Part shown: piece after piece, positions 53,459-63,967 of the stretch | How the letters are laid out: each line of letters begins with the position of its first letter | Position numbering within the stretch: position 1 is the stretch's first letter | Assembly (NCBI GenBank): GCA_020184695.1 | Contig: JAANOX010000153.1 | Location: 744,001-808,000, forward strand | DNA length: 64,000 nucleotides | Origin: Histomonas meleagridis 2922-C6/04-290x | Taxonomy: Eukaryota > Protista > Parabasalia | Direction of reading: 5' to 3' | Notes under the pieces: generated by a model | What the model was told of the DNA's origin: nothing | The model's input: the letters and a program-made list of their open reading frames with translations, nothing else | Database searches by the model: none | Program-made: the position numbers and the translations under genes

Positions 53459-55036
53459 ATGTTTTTGCTCTTTTGCTTTCAGATAAGTTCAATATTTGTA
53501 CCTTTCAATGTTACAGCTAAGCCAATATATGAAAGCATTACATTAGATGAAATGAAAACATTAATTAAAACAACTGATAAAAAGAGTATTGTATTCCTTG
53601 TTTTTAATGATGATTTGACTTTCTTCAATATGTTCGCTCATTTTAAAGATCTATTACATGGAAAGGCTAACCTTATTGGCTTAAATTCAGAAGATACAGA
53701 AACACTTAGATCTGAATTAAATCTTACAATACCATCAATTCTCTTATACGATAATGGAAGCTTTGTTACTTCTTTCAACTCGAGATCTTTTGAACAAACT
53801 ATAATCAATTTCATAAATTCTTTAGGTGATGATGGACAAAATCCAATCTCAACATCAGCACAACTTTTCTCAATGCTTGGACAAAGCTTACATAGTTTAA
53901 TAGCTACACCAACCACAATCAAGGAAGCAAAAGAGTTACAAATTCTCGTTGGCAAATCATATGGACTTCTCGAACTTTTTGTTGTTACTCCTGAAGTAAT
54001 TTCTTCTCTTGGACTAGATCCTAATAAACTTGTTCTTTATCGTCAGCAAGATATGTCGATAGTTAATATTAATTCCACAGAAGAAGATTTCAACAAAAAC
54101 ATGAAACCAAGCTTTTCCACATACAATGCTGATTATCTTTCCCAAATTACTGATAATGTTGTTCTTCTCACTGATCCCGACTTATCTTTTGAAAGCGGTG
54201 ATTTCTTAATCGAAGTCTCCCAAAATCATACAGACAACTTTGTCTTTGCACTTGGTGACCGTACCACTGAAGAAGTTATCCAATTCATCATTGGCGAGAA
54301 GCCCAAAAAGTACCCATTTTTAATGGTTTACAATTTACAAAACCGTTGCTACTACAAGTTTGATGAGGACAAAAGGAAAAATCCTCAATACATAAGTACT
54401 TTCTTATCTCTAATTGAGCAAGGATCTGTTTCTCCAACATACCTTAGCCAACCAATTCCTAAGAAGCAATCTAAGAAATACATTGAACAAATTGTTGGTC
54501 TAAATTATCAATCATATGTAAGTGATGAATCAAAAGCTGCTGTTGTACTTTACTACAGTGCAATAAATACAAACCATAAGGTGTACTTTGATTACTTCGA
54601 TAAAGTTGCAAATATGATTTCCGAATTCAAACTTCCAATAAAGTTTGGTTATATTGATATAACAAGCAATGCGTCACCAATGAAATTCCCACTTTTCATT
54701 GACGTTCCCCATGTTCATTATTTCCCATCAGTAAATAAATCAGATGATAGAGAAGTATATGGACTTCCAACACCTGAGAACATTGTACTTATGCTAAATA
54801 TGTCATCAAATGTCGAAATTCCACTTGAAAGACCAAGAGCAGATAAGAGTGAAATTATAGATTTATATCAAAGAATTTCACAAATGGAGCAAGAACTTGG
54901 AAGCGAAAAGTATAGGAAAGCAATGGAATATCTAAAGAAAGTTGGTGAAATCGAAAACATTGAATTTGGCGAACCGATTCAAGAAATTGTCAAAGAAAAG
55001 AACATAGAACCAACGGAAGAAACCAAAGCAGAGTAA
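53459..55036 (+). CDS. Secretory thioredoxin-fold (PDI-like) protein lacking CxxC
   Basis: Signal peptide MFLLFCFQISS and several thioredoxin-like units (AAVVLYYS...FGYIDITSN...VPHVHYFP). No CxxC and no KDEL. Confidence 0.6.
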   Translation: MFLLFCFQISSIFVPFNVTAKPIYESITLDEMKTLIKTTDKKSIVFLVFNDDLTFFNMFAHFKDLLHGKANLIGLNSEDTETLRSELNLTIPSILLYDNGSFVTSFNSRSFEQTIINFINSLGDDGQNPISTSAQLFSMLGQSLHSLIATPTTIKEAKELQILVGKSYGLLELFVVTPEVISSLGLDPNKLVLYRQQDMSIVNINSTEEDFNKNMKPSFSTYNADYLSQITDNVVLLTDPDLSFESGDFLIEVSQNHTDNFVFALGDRTTEEVIQFIIGEKPKKYPFLMVYNLQNRCYYKFDEDKRKNPQYISTFLSLIEQGSVSPTYLSQPIPKKQSKKYIEQIVGLNYQSYVSDESKAAVVLYYSAINTNHKVYFDYFDKVANMISEFKLPIKFGYIDITSNASPMKFPLFIDVPHVHYFPSVNKSDDREVYGLPTPENIVLMLNMSSNVEIPLERPRADKSEIIDLYQRISQMEQELGSEKYRKAMEYLKKVGEIENIEFGEPIQEIVKEKNIEPTEETKAE

Positions 55037-55183
55037 ACAACATATTTCTTTTTTATCAATAAGTACAAAATTTTTGTTATCAAACGACCGTTTACGTTCT
55101 TTGCCGATTAATTTGAAAGAAAATTTCAAAATATAATTTGCCAACGTAATTGAATTTAAACGTTTTCTTGCTTGAGCTCATTA

Positions 55184-56533
55184 ATGATTGAAGAGAATAT
55201 TTCAAGGCTAGAAAGCGGTGAATCACTTACAGCTTATGAAAAATCAGTGGCTGACATGGTGCGACAAGTTTGTACCTCATTTACACAACCTGTTGTTGCA
55301 AGATTTGTAGGAGGATGGGTTCGAGATAAATTAATGGGAAAAGATAACGATGATATTGACATTGCAATTGATTGCGATTGTAGCACATTTCTTGAAAAAT
55401 TTGAAAAAATATTTCCACATACAAAATGTTGGATAGTTCGAGCTAAACCTCATATGTCCAAGTATCTCACAGTAGGGCACATTAGTATTTCTGCTGATAG
55501 AAACAACTTAGATGTATGTGCTTTAAAAGAGTATGATTATAATGAAAATTTTACATCAATTGGTACAATAGAATCAGATATTCGAAGAAGAGATTTTACA
55601 ATCAACTCAATTTATTTAAATGTCATAACAAATAAAGTTGAAGATTTTGTTGGGGGAATTAATGATATCAAAAATGGAATTATTAGAACAATTTTAGAAC
55701 CTAAAGTTGCTTATGACTATGACCCAATGATAGTTGTTAGGGCGATTCGCTTTGCAACAGTACTTTCATTCAAAATTGAACAAAAAGCATTTGAAGGAAT
55801 TTTGGAAAACAAATTTTCAATTGAACATATTTCAAGAGAAAGAGTAACGCAAGAGGTAATGAAAATGATGAAAAGCGAAAACGTAGTCAGAGGTTTGGAA
55901 CTTATGGTTGAGACGAACATTTTTAATGCAATTTTTGCACCACCTCCTTTTGATGAAAAAGAATTCTTTAATCGAGTCAAGATTGCTTTGTCTCGATGCA
56001 ATGACAAAAGTTATTATTTAATTTTGATTCTATCAATACTTTATAAAGATCTATCAAAATTTAGTCTAGACATAAAAGTTGAACAAGGGAAAAAGAAAAA
56101 GGATGGGCCAAGGATTCACCAAAAAGTCACACAATTCCTGAAGATGCCTGCGAAGGTTTCAAGAGACGTTTGCCATTTACTGAAAAGTGTCAAAACCGTC
56201 AGTGAAATGCAGAGACCGTTAACGCGTCTGGCGGTTGGGAGATGGCTTCGAGAAACAGACGAAGTTTGGGAACTGACAAGTTGCCTTCTTTTTGATCCAC
56301 AGACCTACCAGTTTTTCAACGATGAGTTAGTTCCTTTTGTCCGTAAAGAAAATTTAACTGAAGTGATTCATATGAAACCTTTTGCCAGCGCAAAAGAATT
56401 AGCAAAAATTCATGGAATGGAGAACTTGGGTGCTCAAAACAAAAAATTCATGTTGCAACTTATCGAATGGCAAATTGAAAATCCTGGTAAAACAATTAAT
56501 GACTATTCAGAGTATGTTAACAGTCAGAAATGA
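55184..56533 (+). CDS. Class II tRNA nucleotidyltransferase / poly(A) polymerase family protein
   Basis: RFVGGWVRDKLMG..NDDIDIA, DIRRRDFTINS, RAIRFA, ISRERV. ATG at 55184 follows Inr-like TCATTA. Confidence 0.9.
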   Translation: MIEENISRLESGESLTAYEKSVADMVRQVCTSFTQPVVARFVGGWVRDKLMGKDNDDIDIAIDCDCSTFLEKFEKIFPHTKCWIVRAKPHMSKYLTVGHISISADRNNLDVCALKEYDYNENFTSIGTIESDIRRRDFTINSIYLNVITNKVEDFVGGINDIKNGIIRTILEPKVAYDYDPMIVVRAIRFATVLSFKIEQKAFEGILENKFSIEHISRERVTQEVMKMMKSENVVRGLELMVETNIFNAIFAPPPFDEKEFFNRVKIALSRCNDKSYYLILILSILYKDLSKFSLDIKVEQGKKKKDGPRIHQKVTQFLKMPAKVSRDVCHLLKSVKTVSEMQRPLTRLAVGRWLRETDEVWELTSCLLFDPQTYQFFNDELVPFVRKENLTEVIHMKPFASAKELAKIHGMENLGAQNKKFMLQLIEWQIENPGKTINDYSEYVNSQK

Positions 56534-56716
56534 TATAATTTATATATAAACTAAAATATAAAATATAATTAATCATATTCTTTAAAAAAAATATTTTTTT
56601 GTGTAATTAAAATTTGATTCCAATTTAAAAATCGGAAATAAAATTGGTTTTACTTAAACTAAAGCATGTATATGAATTCATTTTATTCAATATTTCACTT
56701 TTTACTTATGTGAAAT

Positions 56717-58523
56717 TTAAAAACATTAAAATAAATATTTACTTTTGTGTTGATTTCTTCTTCTTTTTGTTCAAGTAATCGAATTATTTCAGTGTGACCA
56801 TTTTTAGTTGCCCAATGAAGTGCTGTATTAAATAAATTAAATAATTTCCAAATATTATTTTGAAATATTAATAAATTAATTTAATAAACGCCAAATAAAA
56901 CAAATAAATATTTTTAGCACTAACATCGATTCCTTTTCTTTCAAGAAGTAACCTGACTATATCTGTGTGACCTTTTTCAGATGCCATTATGAGTGCTGTA
57001 TAAAACACTTAAAATAATTTCCAAATATTAATTTGAAACCCAAAATTTTTCAAATAAATATTAAATAAGACAAACAATCATTTTTAGCATTAACATTGAT
57101 TCCTTCATATTCAAGAAGTAATTTCACAATTTCTATATCATTATTTTCAGATGCGATAATAAGTGCTGTATTAAATACTTTGAACAATTTCCAAATATTT
57201 TATTAAAATATTATTTAATCATCACAACAAACCCAAAACAATACAAATAAAAATTTTTAGCATTGATATCTAAATCTTTTTGCTCAAGAAGTAACTTAAC
57301 TAATTTAACATAACCATTTTGAGATGCAAAACCAAGTACAGTCCAAAACAATTTAAATAAATTCCAAAATTTTATATAAAACATCAAATTAATAATAAAA
57401 ATTATAAACTAAGTTAACATATACTTTTACTATTTGGATTAACATATTTATTATTAAGAAGTAAAGAAAACAATTCTTTATTCCAATATATCAATGAAAT
57501 ATCGAAATAATTTATAGAAATTGGATTTTTCTCAAGGAAATATTGCGCAAGTAATAAATCGCCAGTTTCAACAGCTGTAATTATAATTGATTTATCAAAT
57601 CCCATTCCTTCATTAATCAAAAATGACAAAATCTCATAATTATTATGTAAAATACATTCGATTCCTAATTTGGTTAAGTTATCAATTGATTGTAATTTAT
57701 TATCATAAAGATAATGAAAGATATCATTTCGATGGAATTGAATAACTGTTTCATATGCATCTTTAAATGATGAATTGTTTTGTATACATAAATGAATGAT
57801 TTCTTCATTTCCACTTACAGCAGCATATTTACCTGTATTTGTTACACTTGCGCCATTTAATAATAAATGCTTAAAACAATTAACTGATCCAAAAAATGCT
57901 GCATAATCAATTAATGAAACATTTGACTTGTTAATAAATGAACATCTTTCATAATTAGATGGTACAATATGTTGATTAAAATCAAAACTTGCTTGTGATG
58001 ATATTTCTTGAAGTCTTTCAACTTCGTCATTTCGTATTATTGTGGCTAATTCATTAGGATTAACTCCAGATATATATAGTTTCAAACTAACATCGGATAC
58101 ATTATTATATTCGTTTTCATGCGATTTATTTGATTTCGGTGTATATCCATATTCATTCATCTTTATTAAAAGATACGTTGTTTGTTGTTTCGATGAGAGA
58201 GAATAAACAAATTTTGTAAATGTTTTACTTAAATTGGAATTCGTAATGTTTTGTTCTCTTGTTCCTAGTAATCTTAAGTAATCGAAACAAACTTCCTGAA
58301 AACCTTTTAAGATAAAATATGAATATATCATTCGACAAACAACAAAATTATATGAATATGTATATTCTTCAACAAAATAATTCATGGTAGAATTAACAGA
58401 TTCTTGGACATTATCCTCATTTAAACCAGAAATTACCTTTTCAAGCTGTTGTAAATTATGAAGGTTTTCGTCATATTTTGTAGTTGAATTTATTTCTGCT
58501 GAATGACTTTGATTATTTCCCAT
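56717..58523 (-). CDS. DUF3447 + ankyrin protein, locus C (apparently intact if the 17-nt elements are removed)
   Basis: Uninterrupted ORF 57423-58523 (MGNNQS; PSNYERCSFINKSNVSLIDYAAFFGS), three 93-nt ankyrin cores (57253-57345, 57080-57172, 56910-57002) and a terminal core (56737-56829). No stops or frameshifts after element removal; predicted stop TAA at 56717-56719. Confidence 0.75.
56720..57422 (-). other. Seventeen 17-nt intervening elements and twelve micro-exons (locus C)
   Basis: Four clusters of four elements plus one terminal element. Micro-exons are 3 nt (two are 6 nt); the last in each cluster is GGA. Confidence 0.8.
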
Positions 58524-58645
58524 TACATAAACAAAAAAATAATTTAATAAAAAGTGGCGAAATTCGTCGGTTCAATACCATCGTTCTACAGAAAATTCTA
58601 TAAGACGATAGAAAAATTCTTAATTAAAAAAATTTACCAAATTTT

Positions 58646-61600
58646 TTATTGCAATTCCATTGTTTGACAGTTTGTTACAGCATATAACAATTTTTGGTAA
58701 GCAATTTCCTCATTACTATAAGTAATCCAATGTAACTTATTAAAACAAGTTGATGCAGTTGGTAATTCCCTATCAGGCGAACCTCTTGTCGATAACATAT
58801 CGATCTTAATAACAAAATCTTTCGCCTTTTCTCTAGTTGGGAATCTTGTTAAAGTGGTCACGAACTTCAAGAACAAAACCATTTGTTCCTGTGTAAACCT
58901 TTCAAGTGCCGCCCATAAGTATTCAACATATTTATTCTTAATTCCGCCTTGAAAATCGAATACAACCGTAACTTTTTTAATTTGCTCGACGGTTATGACA
59001 CTTGATCCCTGAGCCAAGAACGATAAGACGTGATCGTTCAACAAGTTCGATGAACTATCGGGTATACCCAAATTAACGGTCAACCCGTTGTAAATTGGTT
59101 TTAACGTATTAATTATTCCATTCAATCTGAACTTCAAACATTCATCAATATAATTATCGATTTGACTTTCTTCAACATCAGCACTTGGTGAATGATTTGG
59201 TAATGGTACGATTTCGCCATCCCAATTTTTGATAGTCCATTTTGCATTAATCGTACCAGCTTTAATCTTTTTGAAATTTTCAGATAATTCTCGATCATTT
59301 ATCACTATGTCATCCTTAGTTATATGTCCTTTTGCCAAATATTTCCAAACCAAATCTGAGAAAGGTAAATCTTGTACGAATCCAGTATGAATAATTATAC
59401 CTATGTAAACGCCGATACCTGTCAAAACGATCTTATCGTTCTCGTCTATCGTTCTGATGTAAGGCACATAAAATTCGCCCAAACCGTAACAAATTTTTGA
59501 AGTTGGTTCAAATATCGAACTTGCAGCTTCCGTTAATAATTCTCTTTGAGGTCCACCAGCATCTATAGCGTTTTCACCTCTGAAAGTAACCTTGAAAGGT
59601 ATTTCTAGAGTTCTATATCTCGAAGGGTTCTTTGATATTATTCTAGATAATTGCGCAATGATTGAGTTACTTGGCGGACCATTTTTATCATTAATAAGTT
59701 TATGCGCTTCGAAACGATTAATATGAATTTCTTCTGTGAACTTTTGTGAGAATTTAATTAACTTCATTATTTGATCTGCCACTTTAATACTTGAATAATA
59801 ACTTGAAAATGGTTCCAACAATTTTTCATCGATTTGTTTTGCAAATTTAACACTTATATAATTTACATGATTCGTAATTAATGCTCTTAACTTTATTGCG
59901 TTTACAGTAAACTTATCTGTTAATGTTGTTAAATCAGGAACAATATTTTCGATACTAGAAAATGATTCATTTGTAATTTCATTCATAGGTAATAAGTTTG
60001 ATAATAAACTCGTGTCTTCATTCGTCCATTTAATAGCAAATGATTCCATATCTTTGATGAATTCATCATGTAACTTCTTGTCCACTTTGACAGTAATATT
60101 AGTTTGATTTTGGTTTCGATTTCGATTCTTAGGTGGCTCTTTAGGTAACTCAATTGTAATATATGACCAATCACAACCTGTTACTGATACATATGTTTTA
60201 CCTTCATTCATTCGAACTTTTGTAGGTAAATCATTCGGACGAATAACTTCAACTGTTTCAAACATTGATGAAGATGAATACATTATTAATGAATCTAATG
60301 GCAATTGTTTGTTTTGTAAGAAAGTAACATTGATTACATCACCTGTTTGATTCTCGATAACTTTCAAATGTTTATCTTGCGTAATCGTTGGTGGTACATA
60401 ATCATTATCTGCTAATGATTGATTAGTTAATGCAACCCAATATGGTAATATATGCCAAAATGGTATACCTTTTATTGACATATAACTTTTATTAAAGATA
60501 TTAAAGATTCGTAATTCTTCTTCTGCTGAATCTGGAGTTAAATTAACTGCATTTAAATGTGCAATGTTAATAGTAATTGTTGGTTTTGTAGGTGGTAACA
60601 TTTCTTGTACAAAGAATTCCGGAAATGAATAAAAGATGTTTTTGTCACTTGCAATATTTGTAATTTTTCGTTCTTCGTCATAAAAGTTACCCATAGGTTT
60701 AAATGAATGATAACTTAAGCCTTTTTGTAAAAAGTTTAAGTCATCAATATATTCATTTGTAAAGTCAAATGGTGTTGATGGCATATTCGTCTTAATTAAA
60801 CTTAATAAATCCTCTAAGAAGATTAAGTTAAAACCTGTTCTTGACATGAACATATTAATAATTGATGACTTCAAAAGACTTTTTTGTGTATCAGATGTAA
60901 CTACAAAACTTAAATTTTTAATTAGGGAAACCAATTCAAATATTGAATGATATTGATAACCATTATCAATTTTGAGTATAGTGTAATCTTGTTCTTTCTT
61001 TTCAAGAAGATTATCCACTGAACCCTTTGAAAACTTTACAAGGGGAGGCCCAGCTACCGTTAAATCAGTTGTATAAATTATTATGTTTTTGTTTTTGATA
61101 GGTTTATGTTGCATTTTACATTTTGTTGGGAAATAATATATACAATTATTACCTATAGGCCCAGTATAAGTATAATAATTATTAGATAAATTATAAGTAT
61201 ATAAAGTTAATTTATCGATAACTTGAGGGAACATTAATAACTTTTGTAAAGCTTCTTTAATTTCTACTTGTAAAGACATAAACATATTCGACATATTATA
61301 ATTATTATCCCAAATAGGTTTCGATAAATCATAAGAAATAGAAAGTTTTGCATCTATTTTGTCAGGATGGAAATTATATGTTTCAGTTGAACTAATTAAT
61401 ATTGAAGTTAATAAATGAGAATAATTTATAATTTTCTCTGGTTGATGAATAGCGATTCTTGTTAAAGCTATAGTTGAGAATTGACATGAAAGTTTTAATA
61501 AAAGCCAACGCTTTAAAGCATTAACTATTTCGACTGATACTTTATTACAATCACTAATATGATAAGGGATTTTAAGAGGTATATAATATTGATAACCTTT

Positions 61601-63967
61601 TTGTAAATCGGATAAAAATGGTGGCTCTATATTATTACCATTTCTATTAGTAAATAATAAATATTTCGGTTCCTTATATACATACATTATATCTTGAGCT
61701 TCATTAAATGCGGTAGGATCGTTAACAATAATATCTGGATCTCTTTCAGTAGATGGTACACTTACAACTAATCTAAAAGTAGAACCAAAAGGAAAATCAA
61801 TTCTTTGTTCACCAATAACAAAAAATTTACTTGTTAAATTAATTTGGATATTAAAATATTGGTCTTCATTAACATCAATTCGATAATTAAATCCTTGACT
61901 TATCTTAGTAGGAAAGATTGTACCTTGAGGATAATTCAAGAATATTGCACGCGTATTATTCTTTTCTAATGCATCACTAATTATACCAACATAACCACCA
62001 TAACAACATTTGATTGATACTACTGTATTTTTATATATATAAGGTGATAAATATGATTTAAAGAATTTGTTGGACATGAAATAAAATCCTTTAATTGGTG
62101 ATTCAACAATTGTAAATTGATTTATTGTATTAATTAATGATTTATATGTTTTAATGATACCAGTAAATGAATATAAATATTTATATAATAAATATATCAT
62201 TTCATTCGTCATTTTGTTAATAAATGTCTTGAAATTACAAAAATGTGCAATGACTTGGAAATATAAAAATTGTTCATAATATGTTAACTTTCGTAATGAT
62301 TGTTCATTTAAAAATGATAATATAAAATCTAAATCTGAAAATACTACATCATTTAATTCTAATAATGGATATGCATATATATGATTGTCATCAGTTTTCA
62401 CTGAAATTGGTTTCTTCTCTATATCTAAAGGTAATTGGAAACTTATATATTTATCTTTTCCTTCTGGAATTAATAAGTAATTATTAATAAAGTTTTGTTT
62501 TGTGTCTTTATAATTACAATAATCTCGAAGTTTTTCCATCTTTTGACCTAAAATTGTGAAAATTGCTGTATAATAATTTGTAGTTTTCATTATTTTAATA
62601 AGTAATTCTTTACGTGGATTATTATAAATTATAATTGATCTAAATAATATTATCATATCTGAGACAAAATCAGTGTTTTTACCATCAAATGATTCATCTT
62701 CAATGAATTTAAACATTTTAATAAATGTTTCTTGAATTAATTCTTCATTTATTGCTTCAGATGAAATTATTTTTTCAATAATCCTAAAGAATATTTTTGA
62801 TGATTTTTGTTCGATTACTTTTGGTATATTATTCATTAAATTATTAAGTAAATCAGATGAATAATCATTTGAATATTCAAGTGATTTCATTAAGAATTGT
62901 AATGATGATACTGAGAAATTATTTTCCTTTAATCTAAATTGTTTATTCATTAAAGAAAAGACTAATGCATAAAATCCAGAATCATCAACATATTTTGTTC
63001 TAACATCATATAATCGTTCAAATATAGTTTGTTGAATATCATTTAAATTTGTAATATCTCTAAAGAATCTTCGAATAACTAAGATATAACGTGTATTACC
63101 TGATTTATGATAAGAATCAATTAATGAATTAAAGAATAATATTAACTTCTCTTTTTGTGATTGTGTTAAATCTGTAATTCTTAAAATAGATGATAAACCA
63201 TCAAATCGTTTAATCGTAGCAAGATTATAAGCTATAACTTCATTTAATTTAGGATCTTGTTGTTGTTGAAATACTTTAACTATTAATGCAACTCCTATTA
63301 ATGTTAATTGGATTCGATTTCGTTGTTGTGATAATATACCAATAATTAATTCAGGTTCAAATGAACTAATTATAAAATCGGCTAATTGTTTAGGATCATT
63401 AGTTATCGAATTTAATCGAATTAACATTAATAAATGACGTTTTATAATTGATGGATTCTTTTCTTCTTGTATAAGTTTACGATATGCACTTCTAATACGC
63501 ATAACTTGATCAAATATATGTTTAAATTTATTAATGTCTTCAACTTTTAAGTTAAATAATGTATCAATTAAATTGGAATATTTAGAAAATGTTATAATTG
63601 ATAATCGATCAACATATTTAACATCATCATTTAAATTCTTATTAAATTGAGGTTTTATCTTTTTATATAACATATCCATTTGTGTGTTATTATTATTATT
63701 TAAAAATTCATAAATTTTTGGATCTTTTAAGTTATTAGGATCAATATTTTCATTACTTGAACTATTAATTAAATCGATTTTATCAAGTAATTTCAAATTC
63801 GATTTTATAAACCAATAAAATCGTTTTTCAAATTCTGAATCACCGCCACCTTTAACTAAAGTAGCAGCGAATCTTGCAAATGTGAAAAATGTCATTTTCC
63901 TAAATTCATGATTTTCATCAGGTATTGATAAGTTTTTAGGGATAATAATTGAAAGTAAAGTAGTCAT
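58646..63967 (-). CDS. HECT-domain E3 ubiquitin ligase
   Basis: C-terminal HECT: FKVTFRGENAIDAGGPQRE, YLWAALERFTQEQ...FLKFVT, catalytic LPTASTCFNKL. Confidence 0.95.
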   Translation of the reverse strand: MTTLLSIIIPKNLSIPDENHEFRKMTFFTFARFAATLVKGGGDSEFEKRFYWFIKSNLKLLDKIDLINSSSNENIDPNNLKDPKIYEFLNNNNNTQMDMLYKKIKPQFNKNLNDDVKYVDRLSIITFSKYSNLIDTLFNLKVEDINKFKHIFDQVMRIRSAYRKLIQEEKNPSIIKRHLLMLIRLNSITNDPKQLADFIISSFEPELIIGILSQQRNRIQLTLIGVALIVKVFQQQQDPKLNEVIAYNLATIKRFDGLSSILRITDLTQSQKEKLILFFNSLIDSYHKSGNTRYILVIRRFFRDITNLNDIQQTIFERLYDVRTKYVDDSGFYALVFSLMNKQFRLKENNFSVSSLQFLMKSLEYSNDYSSDLLNNLMNNIPKVIEQKSSKIFFRIIEKIISSEAINEELIQETFIKMFKFIEDESFDGKNTDFVSDMIILFRSIIIYNNPRKELLIKIMKTTNYYTAIFTILGQKMEKLRDYCNYKDTKQNFINNYLLIPEGKDKYISFQLPLDIEKKPISVKTDDNHIYAYPLLELNDVVFSDLDFILSFLNEQSLRKLTYYEQFLYFQVIAHFCNFKTFINKMTNEMIYLLYKYLYSFTGIIKTYKSLINTINQFTIVESPIKGFYFMSNKFFKSYLSPYIYKNTVVSIKCCYGGYVGIISDALEKNNTRAIFLNYPQGTIFPTKISQGFNYRIDVNEDQYFNIQINLTSKFFVIGEQRIDFPFGSTFRLVVSVPSTERDPDIIVNDPTAFNEAQDIMYVYKEPKYLLFTNRNGNNIEPPFLSDLQKGYQYYIPLKIPYHISDCNKVSVEIVNALKRWLLLKLSCQFSTIALTRIAIHQPEKIINYSHLLTSILISSTETYNFHPDKIDAKLSISYDLSKPIWDNNYNMSNMFMSLQVEIKEALQKLLMFPQVIDKLTLYTYNLSNNYYTYTGPIGNNCIYYFPTKCKMQHKPIKNKNIIIYTTDLTVAGPPLVKFSKGSVDNLLEKKEQDYTILKIDNGYQYHSIFELVSLIKNLSFVVTSDTQKSLLKSSIINMFMSRTGFNLIFLEDLLSLIKTNMPSTPFDFTNEYIDDLNFLQKGLSYHSFKPMGNFYDEERKITNIASDKNIFYSFPEFFVQEMLPPTKPTITINIAHLNAVNLTPDSAEEELRIFNIFNKSYMSIKGIPFWHILPYWVALTNQSLADNDYVPPTITQDKHLKVIENQTGDVINVTFLQNKQLPLDSLIMYSSSSMFETVEVIRPNDLPTKVRMNEGKTYVSVTGCDWSYITIELPKEPPKNRNRNQNQTNITVKVDKKLHDEFIKDMESFAIKWTNEDTSLLSNLLPMNEITNESFSSIENIVPDLTTLTDKFTVNAIKLRALITNHVNYISVKFAKQIDEKLLEPFSSYYSSIKVADQIMKLIKFSQKFTEEIHINRFEAHKLINDKNGPPSNSIIAQLSRIISKNPSRYRTLEIPFKVTFRGENAIDAGGPQRELLTEAASSIFEPTSKICYGLGEFYVPYIRTIDENDKIVLTGIGVYIGIIIHTGFVQDLPFSDLVWKYLAKGHITKDDIVINDRELSENFKKIKAGTINAKWTIKNWDGEIVPLPNHSPSADVEESQIDNYIDECLKFRLNGIINTLKPIYNGLTVNLGIPDSSSNLLNDHVLSFLAQGSSVITVEQIKKVTVVFDFQGGIKNKYVEYLWAALERFTQEQMVLFLKFVTTLTRFPTREKAKDFVIKIDMLSTRGSPDRELPTASTCFNKLHWITYSNEEIAYQKLLYAVTNCQTMELQ

